A stretch of 57,092 bases of DNA, the filler included, from Jimgerdemannia flammicorona (taxonomy: Eukaryota): assembly GCA_003990765.1 (NCBI GenBank). It is 2 parts of 2 records of this genome, joined end to end, with 100 filler letters (N's around TTAATTAATTAA, not from the genome) between each part and the next. Parts side by side here need not be neighbours in the genome. Positions count along the whole stretch, not along the records: positions 28,622 to 57,092 come from RBNJ01000557.1; 1 more part is not named here. The stretch is one strand, 5' to 3'. Of the stretch, positions 39,391-50,516 are shown in pieces. Numbering within the stretch: the stretch's first letter is position 1; every line of letters begins with the position of its first letter. The notes under the pieces were generated by a model. That model searched no databases, was not told the origin of the DNA, and saw nothing but the letters and a program-made list of their open reading frames with translations. Made by a program: the position numbers and the translations under genes.

Positions 39391-39911
39391 CGCTTGATAT
39401 AGCGTCACATGACTGTAGCCGACCTACTGCTTTTCTTCCTCCTTCATATACCAGTGTCTGCAAAATGCTCTTGCCCATACAAGACGCTCCACCCGCCCTG
39501 CAAAAACAAGATCTTTCCTTGGTCCCGACATGTAAAAGGTTCGAGGCCTTGAAAAAATACGTCGACCAAGAAAGTCCCGACCTGACCTGACGCCTTACAT
39601 GCGCGGAAAGGGAAAACCCTGGCTCGGGGATTGAAAGGGTTAGTGAGGTGCGTATGGAAGGATCCCCTCTGTTTAATGTGGGAGCTGTCTTCTCGGATCC
39701 AGGCCACCCGGTTCAGAGATGACCCGGCCCGCAATGGCTGGGTTGTTGTCGGGTGACCGGTTCACAGCCCTCAACGGCTGGAATCCAACAAGAACACCAA
39801 ACGCGCATGCAGACGGCCGGCATGTAAAACCTAAGGGTCGCCATCTGGAGGTACTGGCTGCAAGGATCCAGGAGAAGGTTTGGCCGAGAGGTGAAGGCGT
39901 GGGACGGGGTC

Positions 39912-40068
39912 AGCAAGACGGGGGTCGACAAGCTGGCAAGCTGGCAAGCCGACAAGACGGCAAGACGGCAAGACAGGCAAGACAGGCAAGACGGCAAGAC
40001 GGCAAGACGGCAAGACTGGCAAGACGGCAAGACTGGCAAGATAGCAAGACAGCAAGATGGCAAGACGA
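39912..40068. repeat. GGCAAGAC-type minisatellite, related to the 7757-8708 array on the opposite strand
   Basis: Tandem GGCAAGAC(G/A/T) units with CpG intact. Confidence 0.85.
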
Positions 40069-40220
40069 GGTATTCCGCGGGGATGGTCGAGTGGTAAGTG
40101 TATCTTTCTTTTCTGTTAAGTTGGCGCAATTTGCCTTATGTATACACTATGTACTCGCAACCCCCAATCCCACGCGTGGAAAGGGGCACCGTTTCTCACT
40201 TATGTAACCACAAGTTTACC

Positions 40221-40251
<31 letters not shown>

Positions 40252-40912
40252 TATACAGGCTTCATAATGTTCTCTGCCTTCTGCGCCGCCGTTCGACAAT
40301 CTTCACGCCTATGTAATGTAAGTGACGTGTCTATGTTGTATCTAATGTGTATAACGTATGTAATGTATCGGTAATGTATATGTTGTATGTAAAGCATCTA
40401 TATTGTATATATTGTGCTGTATGTATCTATGTTGTATGTAGGATAGTCACGCGATAGATCTGCTGAGGGGGCTAGCGAGTGAGTGGCGGCGGCTTGTGGG
40501 TTGGTGGTGAGTGGTGAGCGGCGCGGGGGACGGTTGAAGCTGATTTTATATATAACAAACAATGTGTTCGGAGGTGTAGGGTCTTAAGGTCTTTGGGACA
40601 TATGACACGCGTCAAAATAAAAAGGGTACGCAAGCCAGGTGTAACTGTAGATTTTGTCAGCCCTCATATATGTCTTTCTGAGTCCGATTCAAGTCATCCG
40701 TTCCCGCCTAGTTCTAACTATGGGCCGAATGTATCGAGGGCGCAAACAATGAGGCATGTTTTCTAGTTGAGCTGATCCTTGATGGACCCCGTTCGTGAAG
40801 CTTCCAATTATATATTAAAAATAAAAATCAATAATGGGATAAACATGTAACATTATAAGAACACGATACGAACAAACGACACCACTCCAACCTTCGTCCC
40901 CCTCAAAAAAAA

Positions 40913-41082
40913 AAACTCGATCCTTCTCGACCTCCTCGATCTCCTCCACCCTCCCCTTGCCCTCCCGCATGGCCATAGAGATGGGGTTCTCGACGTCCAT
41001 AACACCTGTCTTCAACTTCTCAAACAGCACGAACAGACGCTCGGCCTCGCGCTCTTTCTCCTCGTCCGTCATATCTGCCAGA
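40913..41082 (-). pseudogene. RIC8: Isolated C-terminal fragment of Ric8/synembryn
   Basis: LADMTDEEKEREAERLFVLFEKLKTGVMDVENP matches the characteristic fungal Ric8 C-terminal motif; no upstream exons recognised. Confidence 0.8.
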
Positions 41083-41388
41083 GTGGACAATCAATGAGTA
41101 AAGGCAAGAAAGCACTTACAAGCAGGATAAAATCTTCACGAAAAATGACATCAGACAGTAGGTGCCGGAGCTGGGCTCATTTTCTCGATCTTTTACAAGA
41201 GTTCTTTTCTTTTATTGTCCAAAAGGCTAACTCTTTCAAGGAATCGCAACCTGTGAGAAACTGGAAACACGGATAAAATGGGTGGTCAAAAAGAAGAGAC
41301 AAATGTACTTGTTTGCAGCAGTAATGTAAAAAAAATATATATATATATATAATAATGAAAACATTCAAGGAGTTAGGTATAGCCAGTA

Positions 41389-42576
41389 CCCTTTCTCCGC
41401 TACTTTACTGGTCACAATGATTTGGTAGGTAACCTTCTGAGTCCACTTTCCACAACTAATACCCCCTCTACCTTGGGTTGATTTGCTGTACCTGTTGCAG
41501 GACAGTGAGAGGGAGGCAATAGTGATGAGTTGCCCCTTTATTGGTGTTAGATCAGTATTTTCTCTACTTTTTTGTAGTTTTTGGTATCTTCAGCTATGTC
41601 TGAAGTATACTCATTTTAGTGTGGTATCTTCTTCCTTTTGTCATTGTCAATAAGGTGTCATCTCAGTATATTATGGATTATATAGAGAGTTGGCTGATCT
41701 TGGATATCAAGTATCTAATGTAGGTTATCTACAGGTCCTCAGTATCTGTAGTGGGGTCTTCTAGCTTTAGTGAACTTCCTGGTAAGTATGATTCTGATAT
41801 AGATGACTGTTTTTTGAGTGATGTCAGAATGGGAGAGGAGATGGTTATCACAGATAAGAGGAAGGGCAATAATGATAGATCAGTAGGGTATCAGGCTGGA
41901 GATAGTCATTAGGACTGGAGTGAGTATTACTTTGATAGGGTCTTTTGATTGGTGCAAAGTGGTTAGATAATAGATATCACTTTTAGCTACTTTTGGCAAT
42001 TTATAGGATTGGGCCCTGGTCATTGGGGGTGGTTGAGAGACCTGAGGCTATCTATATTAGACATCTTAGCTACACTCAACTGGAACTAAGAGCTGATATA
42101 GTAACATAATTGAGACCTACAGACTTGAGTAGTGAGGTATTAGAGATCTTCTCTTATCTTATATATAAGTCCTCTACTCATCTTGCTTGAGAGAACTAGG
42201 CCCTACCCACCATTCTATATCCTGAGAAGGGTTTTTTCTTTGTCTGTCATTTCTACTTAGGGTGGCAGAGGCTATTCTATTTGGCTCAGGCATAACCTTA
42301 TATATATATTAGAGTTTTGAGTATATACTTTCAGTCATTGGTATATGACTAAGTTCTCTCTGGTAGTAGAGAGAATATAATATATAGAATGAGGTATAGG
42401 TCATTATAGGTCCTGCTATGTCTAGTATGGTCAAGTTGCTAGATAATAGCTAGTCTAAGTTTAATGGAGAGACAGTACTTAGTGGGTGGTAGGAGAGACT
42501 TTTGGCCTTTATAGTCTAGATTCTCTTCTAATAAAAATCCACAGGACTCTGAGTCTGTAAAATAAAATAAAAAAAA
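41389..42576 (+). mobile_element. SINE-like retroposon copy 2 (full length)
   Basis: Colinear with 18992-20174; A-rich tail; decayed 15-bp TSD TAGGTATAGCCAGTA (41374-41388) / TAGATATAGCTAGTA (42577-42591). Confidence 0.9.
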
Positions 42577-44401
42577 TAGATATAGCTAGTATATAGAAAA
42601 AGTAAAAATAAATAGAATATATCTAGATATTTATAAAATTATAAATATATAAATATCTACAATATATATAGGCTTATAAATATTTATAATATAGACTTAC
42701 ATATAGATATCTATAGTATAGCTTATAAATATCTTTTGAGAGAAGAAGAAAAATATATATTAATAATATATTATAATTATTATAATTAAATATAAACCTA
42801 TATCTAAAGTATAATAAATTAATTTATCTGATAAAAGAAATTAGATTATATAATATAAATAAATATTTTAGAATTCTAATATTTAACTAACTTATCTTAT
42901 TTAATAAAAGTTATAATTCTAAATCTACAATAACTAAAACAATATTTTATATAATTTCTTCTTACTACTAGAAAGTAATTATAATAATTTTTTAAAATAT
43001 CTTTAGAGACTAAATTTTAAGTATTAATAAATAAAAAAAAAATAACCTAAATATATAAAACTCAGTTTTAAAAATTATACTTTATATATATAAATATATA
43101 TATATAAAGACTCTAAAAGACTATTTGTCTTTCTGAGTTTAGTGTCTGAATATATAGATAATATAGAATTTGTAAATCTCTACTCTATTGCAAGAAGCAA
43201 CTCTGAGCAGATAAATTCCTTTATTCTCCCCTGTACCCTCTTTTCTACTCCTTCAGGTCCATATCAATCGGCACTCGAGCTATCGATGACATACACACAT
43301 AGCACGGGGTTTGTGGACGAATGGAGAGGTGGACGTCTACTGTTTTAAAATGCTCGTGTGGCAACCATCACAGGTGTCCTACCAAAGAGGCGTTATTGAT
43401 TTTCCAAAATACATGGATCCCATAACCGTGCCACACAGGGCCAAAACAGCTATTTATAAGTTCTCGTCTTCCATATACATTTCAGCTGGGAGCACGAACT
43501 CTTCCTTTTTTTTCTTCTTTGCTTCCATTGTCCAACGAACAGGAGAATGGGTTGTGGTTTTGATATGATTCAACTGGAAATACCTCGCGCAGCTCTTCGA
43601 GTTTACCCATCCCGTTGACACAGCGCACGTGAGCATCGTTTTTATTTTTGCTTTTGCTTTGGATGTAAAGGAGTACGCGTCGTTGATTATTATTTTTGAT
43701 CTCCTCCTCCCGCACGCCAACATCCTTCCCATCCCACTGGCCGCGGACTGATCAGTGTATATCATGTGGAACCGTCCCTTTTATCTTCATATCTATGTCT
43801 GTGTTGTCTAGTGCTTTACGCCCCTACTCCTAGCTGACCTCCCCATCCTTCCCCAGAATCGACGGAAGTCTCTCCCACTACTTGCATCTACGCCAGCGTT
43901 GTACGTTCTCCCATCCCTTCAGCCTTCCCCTTTATGCCTTATTCCATCAGATTCTATTGCCATTCGGGCACGAGCGACACTACTAGCGTGCACAGCAAAC
44001 ATACCAGAGATGCACAACCATTCCAATAGAGAATATGCCAACCCAAGCGAACGGAGGGCGGGATCTTCTTTCTTTACCACAACTTATATTATATGCAAAG
44101 TACAGTTTTGATGCCTATTTCGTGGGTAGGGTGGGGGATCAGAGGGAGTTCGGAAGAAGTGGGTTGGGGGAAAATACGCCAAACAATAACAGACATCAGG
44201 TCTATATTCGTTTGTTGGAGGCATGGCGCAGGCGTATGATTGATATACATTCTCTTTATTGGAGGAATCCAGTCTCCGAAAAATATTTTGATGGCCGGAT
44301 ACTAACCATCACCGTCCCCCGGTCCATAACGACCCACTGTCCGTCTGTTCGCTGTTCATAGAGGAGGGGGAGGGGAAACCGGACGCCGTGGGGTGGGTGG
44401 T

Positions 44402-45051
44402 CTAGTGGTGCTCCACGTTCTTGTGGTGCTCTGTGTTTCGAGGATGGAGAGAGTTCGCATCAAAATCAGCATGCTGTTCGTTTCTATAAGTATAAAAGTA
44501 CTACGGGTGCTTTCCGTGAATTGTATGTATCCGTGTAGGTCGTAATCAGATTAGGATATTTCTACTACGAATTCCGTGATGGTTTCAGCAGTACCCCTTT
44601 GGGGTATCTGTTGTCCCTATCTGTGTCTCATCATATCGACCTGCCGCTCAGCGTTGCAATAGCAGCACCAAAGCTGGCACACCCACCACCACCACCACCA
44701 CCACCACCACCACCACCACCATGAACCAGCATGCTCCTCCCCCGTTCTTCCTCCCTACTTACTGAGGTGGAAGTGGTAATCCAGCGCGTACGAGATGGCA
44801 AAGATACCGATAATAGCGTGGACGAGTGGGGCGGGGGAGGCGTTCTCGCCGTCGAAGTAGCGGGCCTTGTAGCGGGCGAAGAGGCCATGCGCTTGGCGGG
44901 GGGAGGCATCGCCCTTGGGCAGACGCTTGTAGAAGTCGACCATGCCCTGCATGCGGCGGGTATCCTTGGGAGAGCTGATACCCTTGGTCGTCGCAAGGTT
45001 CGGCGGAATAAGCTGCTTCGTCGAGTAGGCGCGGCGGATGACGGTGTTCAT
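44402..45051 (-). CDS. ATP17: Mitochondrial ATP synthase subunit f; exons 45051-44763 and 44430-44402
   Basis: LIPPNLA...MVDFYKRLPKG...RYKARYFDGENASPAPLVH...YALDYHFHL|KHHKNVEHH*; GTAAG...ACAG intron. Confidence 0.93.
44541..44639 (-). ncRNA. Intronic box C/D snoRNA, U74/Z18-like
   Basis: C box ATGATGA (44634-44628); guide AGATAGGGACA before D' CAGA; hairpin; C' TGCTGA; D CTGA (44549-44546); terminal stem GGTCG/CGACC; guide complements LSU rRNA UGUCCCUAUCU. Confidence 0.8.
44682..44721. repeat. (CAC)n microsatellite in the ATP17 intron
   Basis: Directly visible. Confidence 0.95.
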
Positions 45052-45360
45052 GGTGGTGTGGAAGGATTCGAGGTTTTGAGGGAGCGGATGGGTTATGGTT
45101 TGTTTGTACCCCTGCCTCAAAATTCAGGAGTGACGTCACTGGTTGGGATGTCCCCAAAAATTATACACGAGAAGGAATCCATCTCAATACACGCAATATC
45201 CAAAAAAAAAAAAATTGAGAACGCAACACAATCGACCTTTTCTTTTAAAAAATTGGTTTCATAAAATAAAAGGCCGCCCAATTGACCGTTCCCGCCCAAA
45301 CCGCACCCAATACATCACAACCTCGACCCTGCTCATTATCTACTTTCCAGGCCGACCGGC

Positions 45361-46618
45361 TCACTTCTTAGCAGCACCGACCCTTGCTCCGTTGGGTCCT
45401 ACGTACTCGTAAAACCCTTTCCCGGTCTTGCGCCCGAAATGGCCCTTGGCCACGAGATCGGTCAGTTGCTTCACGGGCTTGACGAAGGCGGGCTCCACCT
45501 TGCCCTCTCTGGCCCAGCCTTCAACGATGGACTTAAGGGTGTCGAGGCCGACGAACTGTGTGTGGATGGATTAATGTGAGGTGGAGTTGATGAGAATGTG
45601 TTGGGTGTTATATAGGATCTCACATTTACAGGTAAACAGACTTTACTCACATCAGAAAGTTCAATGGGACCCATTGGGAACCCGGCACCGAGCTTCATGG
45701 CTACGTCGATGTCCTCGAGACTAGCCTCGCCGCGTTCAACTATACGGAGGGATTCCATCATGTAAGGGACCAGGAGGCGGTTCACAATGAAGCTATGCGA
45801 AATAATAAGAATGGGGCGATTTAGGACGTCGCGTCATGTATAACCTCCCTTCAACAATCAAATTTGACATCCTTCTATACCACGCCCTCAAAAACAGATA
45901 ATAAGCAGCATCCATCAATCGCTTACCCAGGAGTATCTTTGCATGCGACGGAAGTCTTCCCAATCCGATTAGTTACGTCAACCAAGCTCTGGTACGTCTC
46001 CGTGTCGACTTTATCAGTCTTCACAATCTCTACCAGCTTCATCGCCGGGACAGGGTTAAAAAAGTGCAGCCCGGCGAACCTGGCCTGCCTGTCTTCGCTT
46101 GTGACCTTGGCGATCTCGGCGATGGGCAGCGATGATGTGTTTGACGTGAAGATGGTGTGTTTTGGCGCCGCGGCGTCGAGCGACATAAACAGTTTCTGCT
46201 TGGTGTCTATGTTTTCCACAATAGCCTCCACCACCAGGTCGGCTCCGGCGACGACGGCCTCGGCCTTCGTGCCTGTCTCGATGAAGCTCCAGGTTCGGTC
46301 CACGTACTCGCTCTGCTTCCCCTCGTCGTCGGGAAACTTCTTCTTGGCCACGCGCCGCACCGATGCAGCGATGATGTCCCGGCCCTTCTGAAGCTGGTCC
46401 GGTGAGAGGTCCACCATCGTCACGTTCAGCTGCGCCTGCGCGGCCACCTGCGCAATGCCGGCGCCCATTAAGCCGGCACCCACGACGATCACGCTCTGGA
46501 TTTCCCTTTGTGCGGAAGGCGTCGTGGAGAAGTGGGAGGCGAGGAGTGGACGGAGGAGAGTGGTTGGGCGCGCGAGGCGGGCGGCAGCGAAGCCCGGTTT
46601 GAGGAGGATAGAAGACAT
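45361..46618 (-). CDS. HADH: Mitochondrial 3-hydroxyacyl-CoA dehydrogenase; exons 46618-45927, 45792-45651, 45555-45361
   Basis: Arg-rich presequence; Rossmann [72 protein letters not shown]. Confidence 0.95.
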
Positions 46619-46884
46619 TTTTTGAGGGGGATGTGGGTGGATGGACGAGGTGTCGAAGTAAGGGGTTCAATACCCTTGCAATACAATACGAATGATGAGC
46701 GTGAAGTGCATGGCTCGTCACATGGCATTGCGATATGCGTGATGTCATCAGAAAGGAATTCTATGTTGGGACCCGTGTACTAAATAAGATATTTACAAAA
46801 AAAAAAAAAAAAAAAAAAAAAATGGGAGAGGGGTTCCTAAAACTTATAAGTATTATATGTACAAATTAAAAAATAAAAAATAAT

Positions 46885-48876
46885 TCACAATCGTTTGTCC
46901 TCCGGATTCGTAATCCAGTACTCTAACGGCACCTCATGCTGCACCAAAAACTCCTCCAGATACTTTGCATACGTCCGCCATGGCCTCCAATCCACCTGAA
47001 ACGCCACCGATTCCTTCACGACCGCCAAATGCTTAGATAAGTGCCATTTTGCCGCGCGCATAACCACGCCATCATCCCCACTCGCGAGATCTTGGTACTC
47101 CACGATCTTGGACAAAATCTCGGTCGTCATAATGAACGTGCCCAAAAACACGTCGTGCGTCTCCCCGCGCTCGCACAGATCGATGAACAACCCGTTGAGC
47201 CTCCACGCAGCCTCGACACACACTTGCAGTGAGCGCAGCTGGAACGTGTACCCGTTCTCTGTGGCAGCGGCGATGGCCTCTGCGGACTTTGGGATGAATT
47301 GCTTGTGCAAATCGATCGACAGGTGGTGGTAGCTGGCCTGATTTGACACGGCCAGCGGACGAATTCGGGGTCCGCACGCGTCCAAACGGTCGGCGCGGAA
47401 TTGCTCCGGCATCTCGGCGTACCACGCCTCCAGCTCGCGTTCCAGCCCCGTCACCAGCGTCAGTGGGACCTTGCCCTCCTCGTTCTCGTACAGAGTGGTC
47501 ATGACCTTCCATGCCAGATCGCGACTGCGGCCGTTGTGGACGAAGAAAGCGAGTATGGCGCGCTCGTCCTCGTCCTCTACATCGAGCTCGCGCGGCGCTA
47601 CCGAGGGCGCGAGGTCACGCAGCATTGCCGGGAATCCGACGGCGAACATGTCGAAGTCCCAGTGGTACAGCAGCCAGCCGAGGCGGATGGTACTCTCGCG
47701 TTGCAGGTCGCGCGACTGGCCCAGGACGAGCGGTTGGTCTCCCCCGCAGCCCGAGAACAGGCCCAGCTGTTGCGCGAACCGGACGGCAAGGCTGTAGAAG
47801 GAGTGCGCCTGAGTCGGCTTTGCAGGGTCCGGGTTGTACAGTCGGTACTGCATCAAGAACGCCAGCGCATACACCGTCGACACATGAGGCTCGTCGAACA
47901 CCTCCATCAGCTGCGCGCTCGCTCGGTGGAAGAAGTACTCAGGCACGTGCGTCGCTCGCTCCCGGTCCACGTGCGCACCGTGGAAGATCAGCGCGTGCTC
48001 CGACGTCCACGTCGCCATCGAGAGAGCTACGAGCGAGTTGAGCGGATCCGGGATTGTGCGGTAGTGTGTGGTGAAGCTGCGGCGATGGAGGATTGGGGCT
48101 TTGTTGTTGAAGCATTCGAAGTAGACATCGATGCAGTTGTCGATGACGAAACGCATTGGGGAGGATAATATGGAAATGCTGAGGTTTGGGAGTGATAGGT
48201 AGAGGTCAATAATGGGTGAGATGGAATCTTTGCCGAACTTGCGGAAGAAGAGCTGGTTCCGGGGGAGGGTGACGGCGGTGGATGAAGAGTCCGAGGAAGG
48301 AGTTGTTGCGTGTAGGTTAAATTCAGATGATATTCGCGTCCCCGACAGACTATAAGAGAAGAGATTCTGAATATCCGTGATGTTGCGCAAGTTTGTCTGT
48401 ATGGTAAACCTCCGTGGGGAAATGCGAACGCTCCAATTTACCGGTTTACCTGACGCAATAGTTTGGTTGGTATGTCGATGTTGCACAATGGTTGTCCCAG
48501 TAGAACTGTCAGATCTGCTATTGTTTTGCTTTGAAAGCCTTCGCATTGTTCTGTTCTGCGCCATGACAACTTCCAATACCGATTCGTCGTCGTCGTTGCC
48601 CAACGTCTCCTGCGCCGCGTTCGTCATGGAAGCACGGTTTTTCAAGCTGGCAATCTCCTCCTCCATACAATCCAACTCCACCTCTATATCCTCTGCTGTA
48701 CCCTGAAGCATATGAAAGTATTCGCCGGGGTTCAGATACCGGCAAGTGATCCCATACAAGAGGCATCGTTCGCAGGATGGCAGGGCCATGGAGCATTTGG
48801 CCTTGCCCTGATGGCAGGCGAGGCAGGCTCCGTCCTTCAGCTTCCTGCCTGTTCTCGGTAGTGGATCGGAGCCCAT
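46885..48876 (-). CDS. Zn(II)2Cys6 fungal transcription factor with middle-homology domain (start codon uncertain)
   Basis: CLACHQGKAKCSMALPSCERCLLYGITC; YFECFNNKAPILHRRSF; AVRFAQQLGL; first ATG at 48876, an upstream exon is possible. Confidence 0.92.
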   Translation of the reverse strand: MGSDPLPRTGRKLKDGACLACHQGKAKCSMALPSCERCLLYGITCRYLNPGEYFHMLQGTAEDIEVELDCMEEEIASLKNRASMTNAAQETLGNDDDESVLEVVMAQNRTMRRLSKQNNSRSDSSTGTTIVQHRHTNQTIASGKPVNWSVRISPRRFTIQTNLRNITDIQNLFSYSLSGTRISSEFNLHATTPSSDSSSTAVTLPRNQLFFRKFGKDSISPIIDLYLSLPNLSISILSSPMRFVIDNCIDVYFECFNNKAPILHRRSFTTHYRTIPDPLNSLVALSMATWTSEHALIFHGAHVDRERATHVPEYFFHRASAQLMEVFDEPHVSTVYALAFLMQYRLYNPDPAKPTQAHSFYSLAVRFAQQLGLFSGCGGDQPLVLGQSRDLQRESTIRLGWLLYHWDFDMFAVGFPAMLRDLAPSVAPRELDVEDEDERAILAFFVHNGRSRDLAWKVMTTLYENEEGKVPLTLVTGLERELEAWYAEMPEQFRADRLDACGPRIRPLAVSNQASYHHLSIDLHKQFIPKSAEAIAAATENGYTFQLRSLQVCVEAAWRLNGLFIDLCERGETHDVFLGTFIMTTEILSKIVEYQDLASGDDGVVMRAAKWHLSKHLAVVKESVAFQVDWRPWRTYAKYLEEFLVQHEVPLEYWITNPEDKRL

Positions 48877-49312
48877 CGTGGATCCTGTTCGTTGAGGTTC
48901 GGGTTGTTGAGGTGTTGCTTCGTTCGACAGTCGGTGTCTGTTTACGATCAACAACAGGTCGCACAACCCACGTGCGCCGTGTTCTCATTTAGCTCCACGG
49001 TTAGAAACCATGTGTTGAGTAATAGAACCGTCTCCCGAAACCCTTCTGACCCCATAAATTTTTTATTCCCACATAATTACATATACATCTAATGCATTTA
49101 ATTAAGGCGGTAACAAATTAACAGCTGAGAAATTATAACTGAAAACCAAAATCATAATTTATAAGAATAATGCTGATCTTAGCTATTTGTAATTAACTTA
49201 TTTGATTCTATTTCAACAGAATCAGACTTGAGACAATTAGCTCAATATATATTAATAATAATAAGAAAAGCAAAAAGTTATTTAAGTATTATTAATATAT
49301 TGAGATGATCAA

Positions 49313-49314
<2 letters not shown>

Positions 49315-49343
<29 letters not shown>

Positions 49344-50024
49344 TGGACTTAAAGTTCTGCAGATTTTATTGAAAGAGAATCTAGACTATATAGACCAAAA
49401 CTCTTTCTTACTATCTATCAAGCACTACCCCTCTATTGAACTTAGGCTAGCTATTATCCAGTAGCTTGACTATACCAGGTACAGCAGGGCCTAATGAGAC
49501 TCATATCTCATTCTATATACTATACTCTCTCTATCACAAGAGAGAATCTGATCATATGATAATAACTGAAAGTACATGTCTGATATCTCAACATATATAT
49601 AAGGTTATGCCTGAGCTAAATAGAATAACCCCTATTACTCCAAGTGAAAATGACAGGTAAAGAAAAAACTCTCTTCAAGATACAAAATAGTAGATAGAGC
49701 CTAGTTCTTCTAAGCAAAGTGAGTAGAGAACTTATATATAAGACAAGAGGAGACTCTCAATACCCTACTACTCAAGCCTGTAGGCCTTGATTATGTTGTC
49801 ATATCAGCTCCTAGTTCTAGTTAAGTAGCCAAGATGCTTGACCTAAGTAGCCTTAGGCCCCCCAGCCACCTCTAATAACTGAGACCTAACCCCATAAATT
49901 ATCAAAAGTAGCTAAAAGTGATATTTATCACCTAACTGCCCTGTACCAATCAAAAGGCTCTACCAAAGCATCACTTGCCTTAGTTCTGATGACTGTCCCT
50001 AGTCTGACACCCTACTGGTCTACT
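49315..50024 (-). mobile_element. SINE-like retroposon copy 3 (3' ~60%), interrupted by copy 4
   Basis: Poly(T) 49315-49341, then reverse complement of ~20160-19480. Confidence 0.85.
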
Positions 50025-50097
<73 letters not shown>

Positions 50098-50197
50098 TTT
50101 ATAAACTCAGAGTTCTGCAGATTTTTATTAGAAGAGAACCTAGACTATATAGGTCAAAATCCTCTCCCACCACCTATTAAGTACTATCTCTCCATTA
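50025..50197 (-). mobile_element. SINE-like retroposon copy 4 (3' end with long tail)
   Basis: ~70-nt poly(T) followed by reverse complement of ~20160-20064. Confidence 0.85.
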
Positions 50198-50350
50198 GTA
50201 CTCTGAATGGATGGAGTTGATCTAGATGAGATTCGATTCAGATTCGTCATGTGATGGATTCGAATCAACTTGAATTGATCTCATGATCTGATCCAGATTG
50301 ATCTGGATTGGTCCATCCAGATTGGTCCATCCAGATTGATCCATCTGGAT
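50196..50350. repeat. Putative DNA-transposon terminus with subterminal GATTC/CCAGATT motifs
   Basis: Begins TAGTACTCTG where homology to SINE copy 4 stops; clustered short motifs in both orientations; partner terminus not in window. Confidence 0.5.
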
Positions 50351-50516
50351 TGAAATCTTTGGTGATATCACTCTTTCTTTTGTTCATTTCGCTCTTGTTT
50401 TTTTTTTTCCTGCTGCACTTTGGTGACATCACCCTTTCCTTTTGCTCTCTCTCTTTTTTTGTTCTTTTCTTTGTTCTTTTTCTTTGTTCTTTTTCTTTGT
50501 TTTTTCCTGCTGCATC

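Noticed and set aside
42592..43140. Extremely AT-rich block as a centromere or origin
   Set aside because: More simply explained as end-stage transition decay of a repeat; no specific signature
43142..44361. Short ORFs as missing Ric8 exons or a separate gene
   Set aside because: No recognisable motifs or consistent splice model
29124..46618. LYRM5, HADH and ATP17 as a mitochondrial beta-oxidation gene cluster
   Set aside because: Separated by ~15 kb of unrelated genes and repeats; chance linkage is sufficient without synteny data
47041..48992. Overlapping antisense and off-frame ORFs over the transcription factor (likewise over HADH, ATP17 and the BAG6-like gene)
   Set aside because: Expected shadows of GC-rich coding sequence; no motifs
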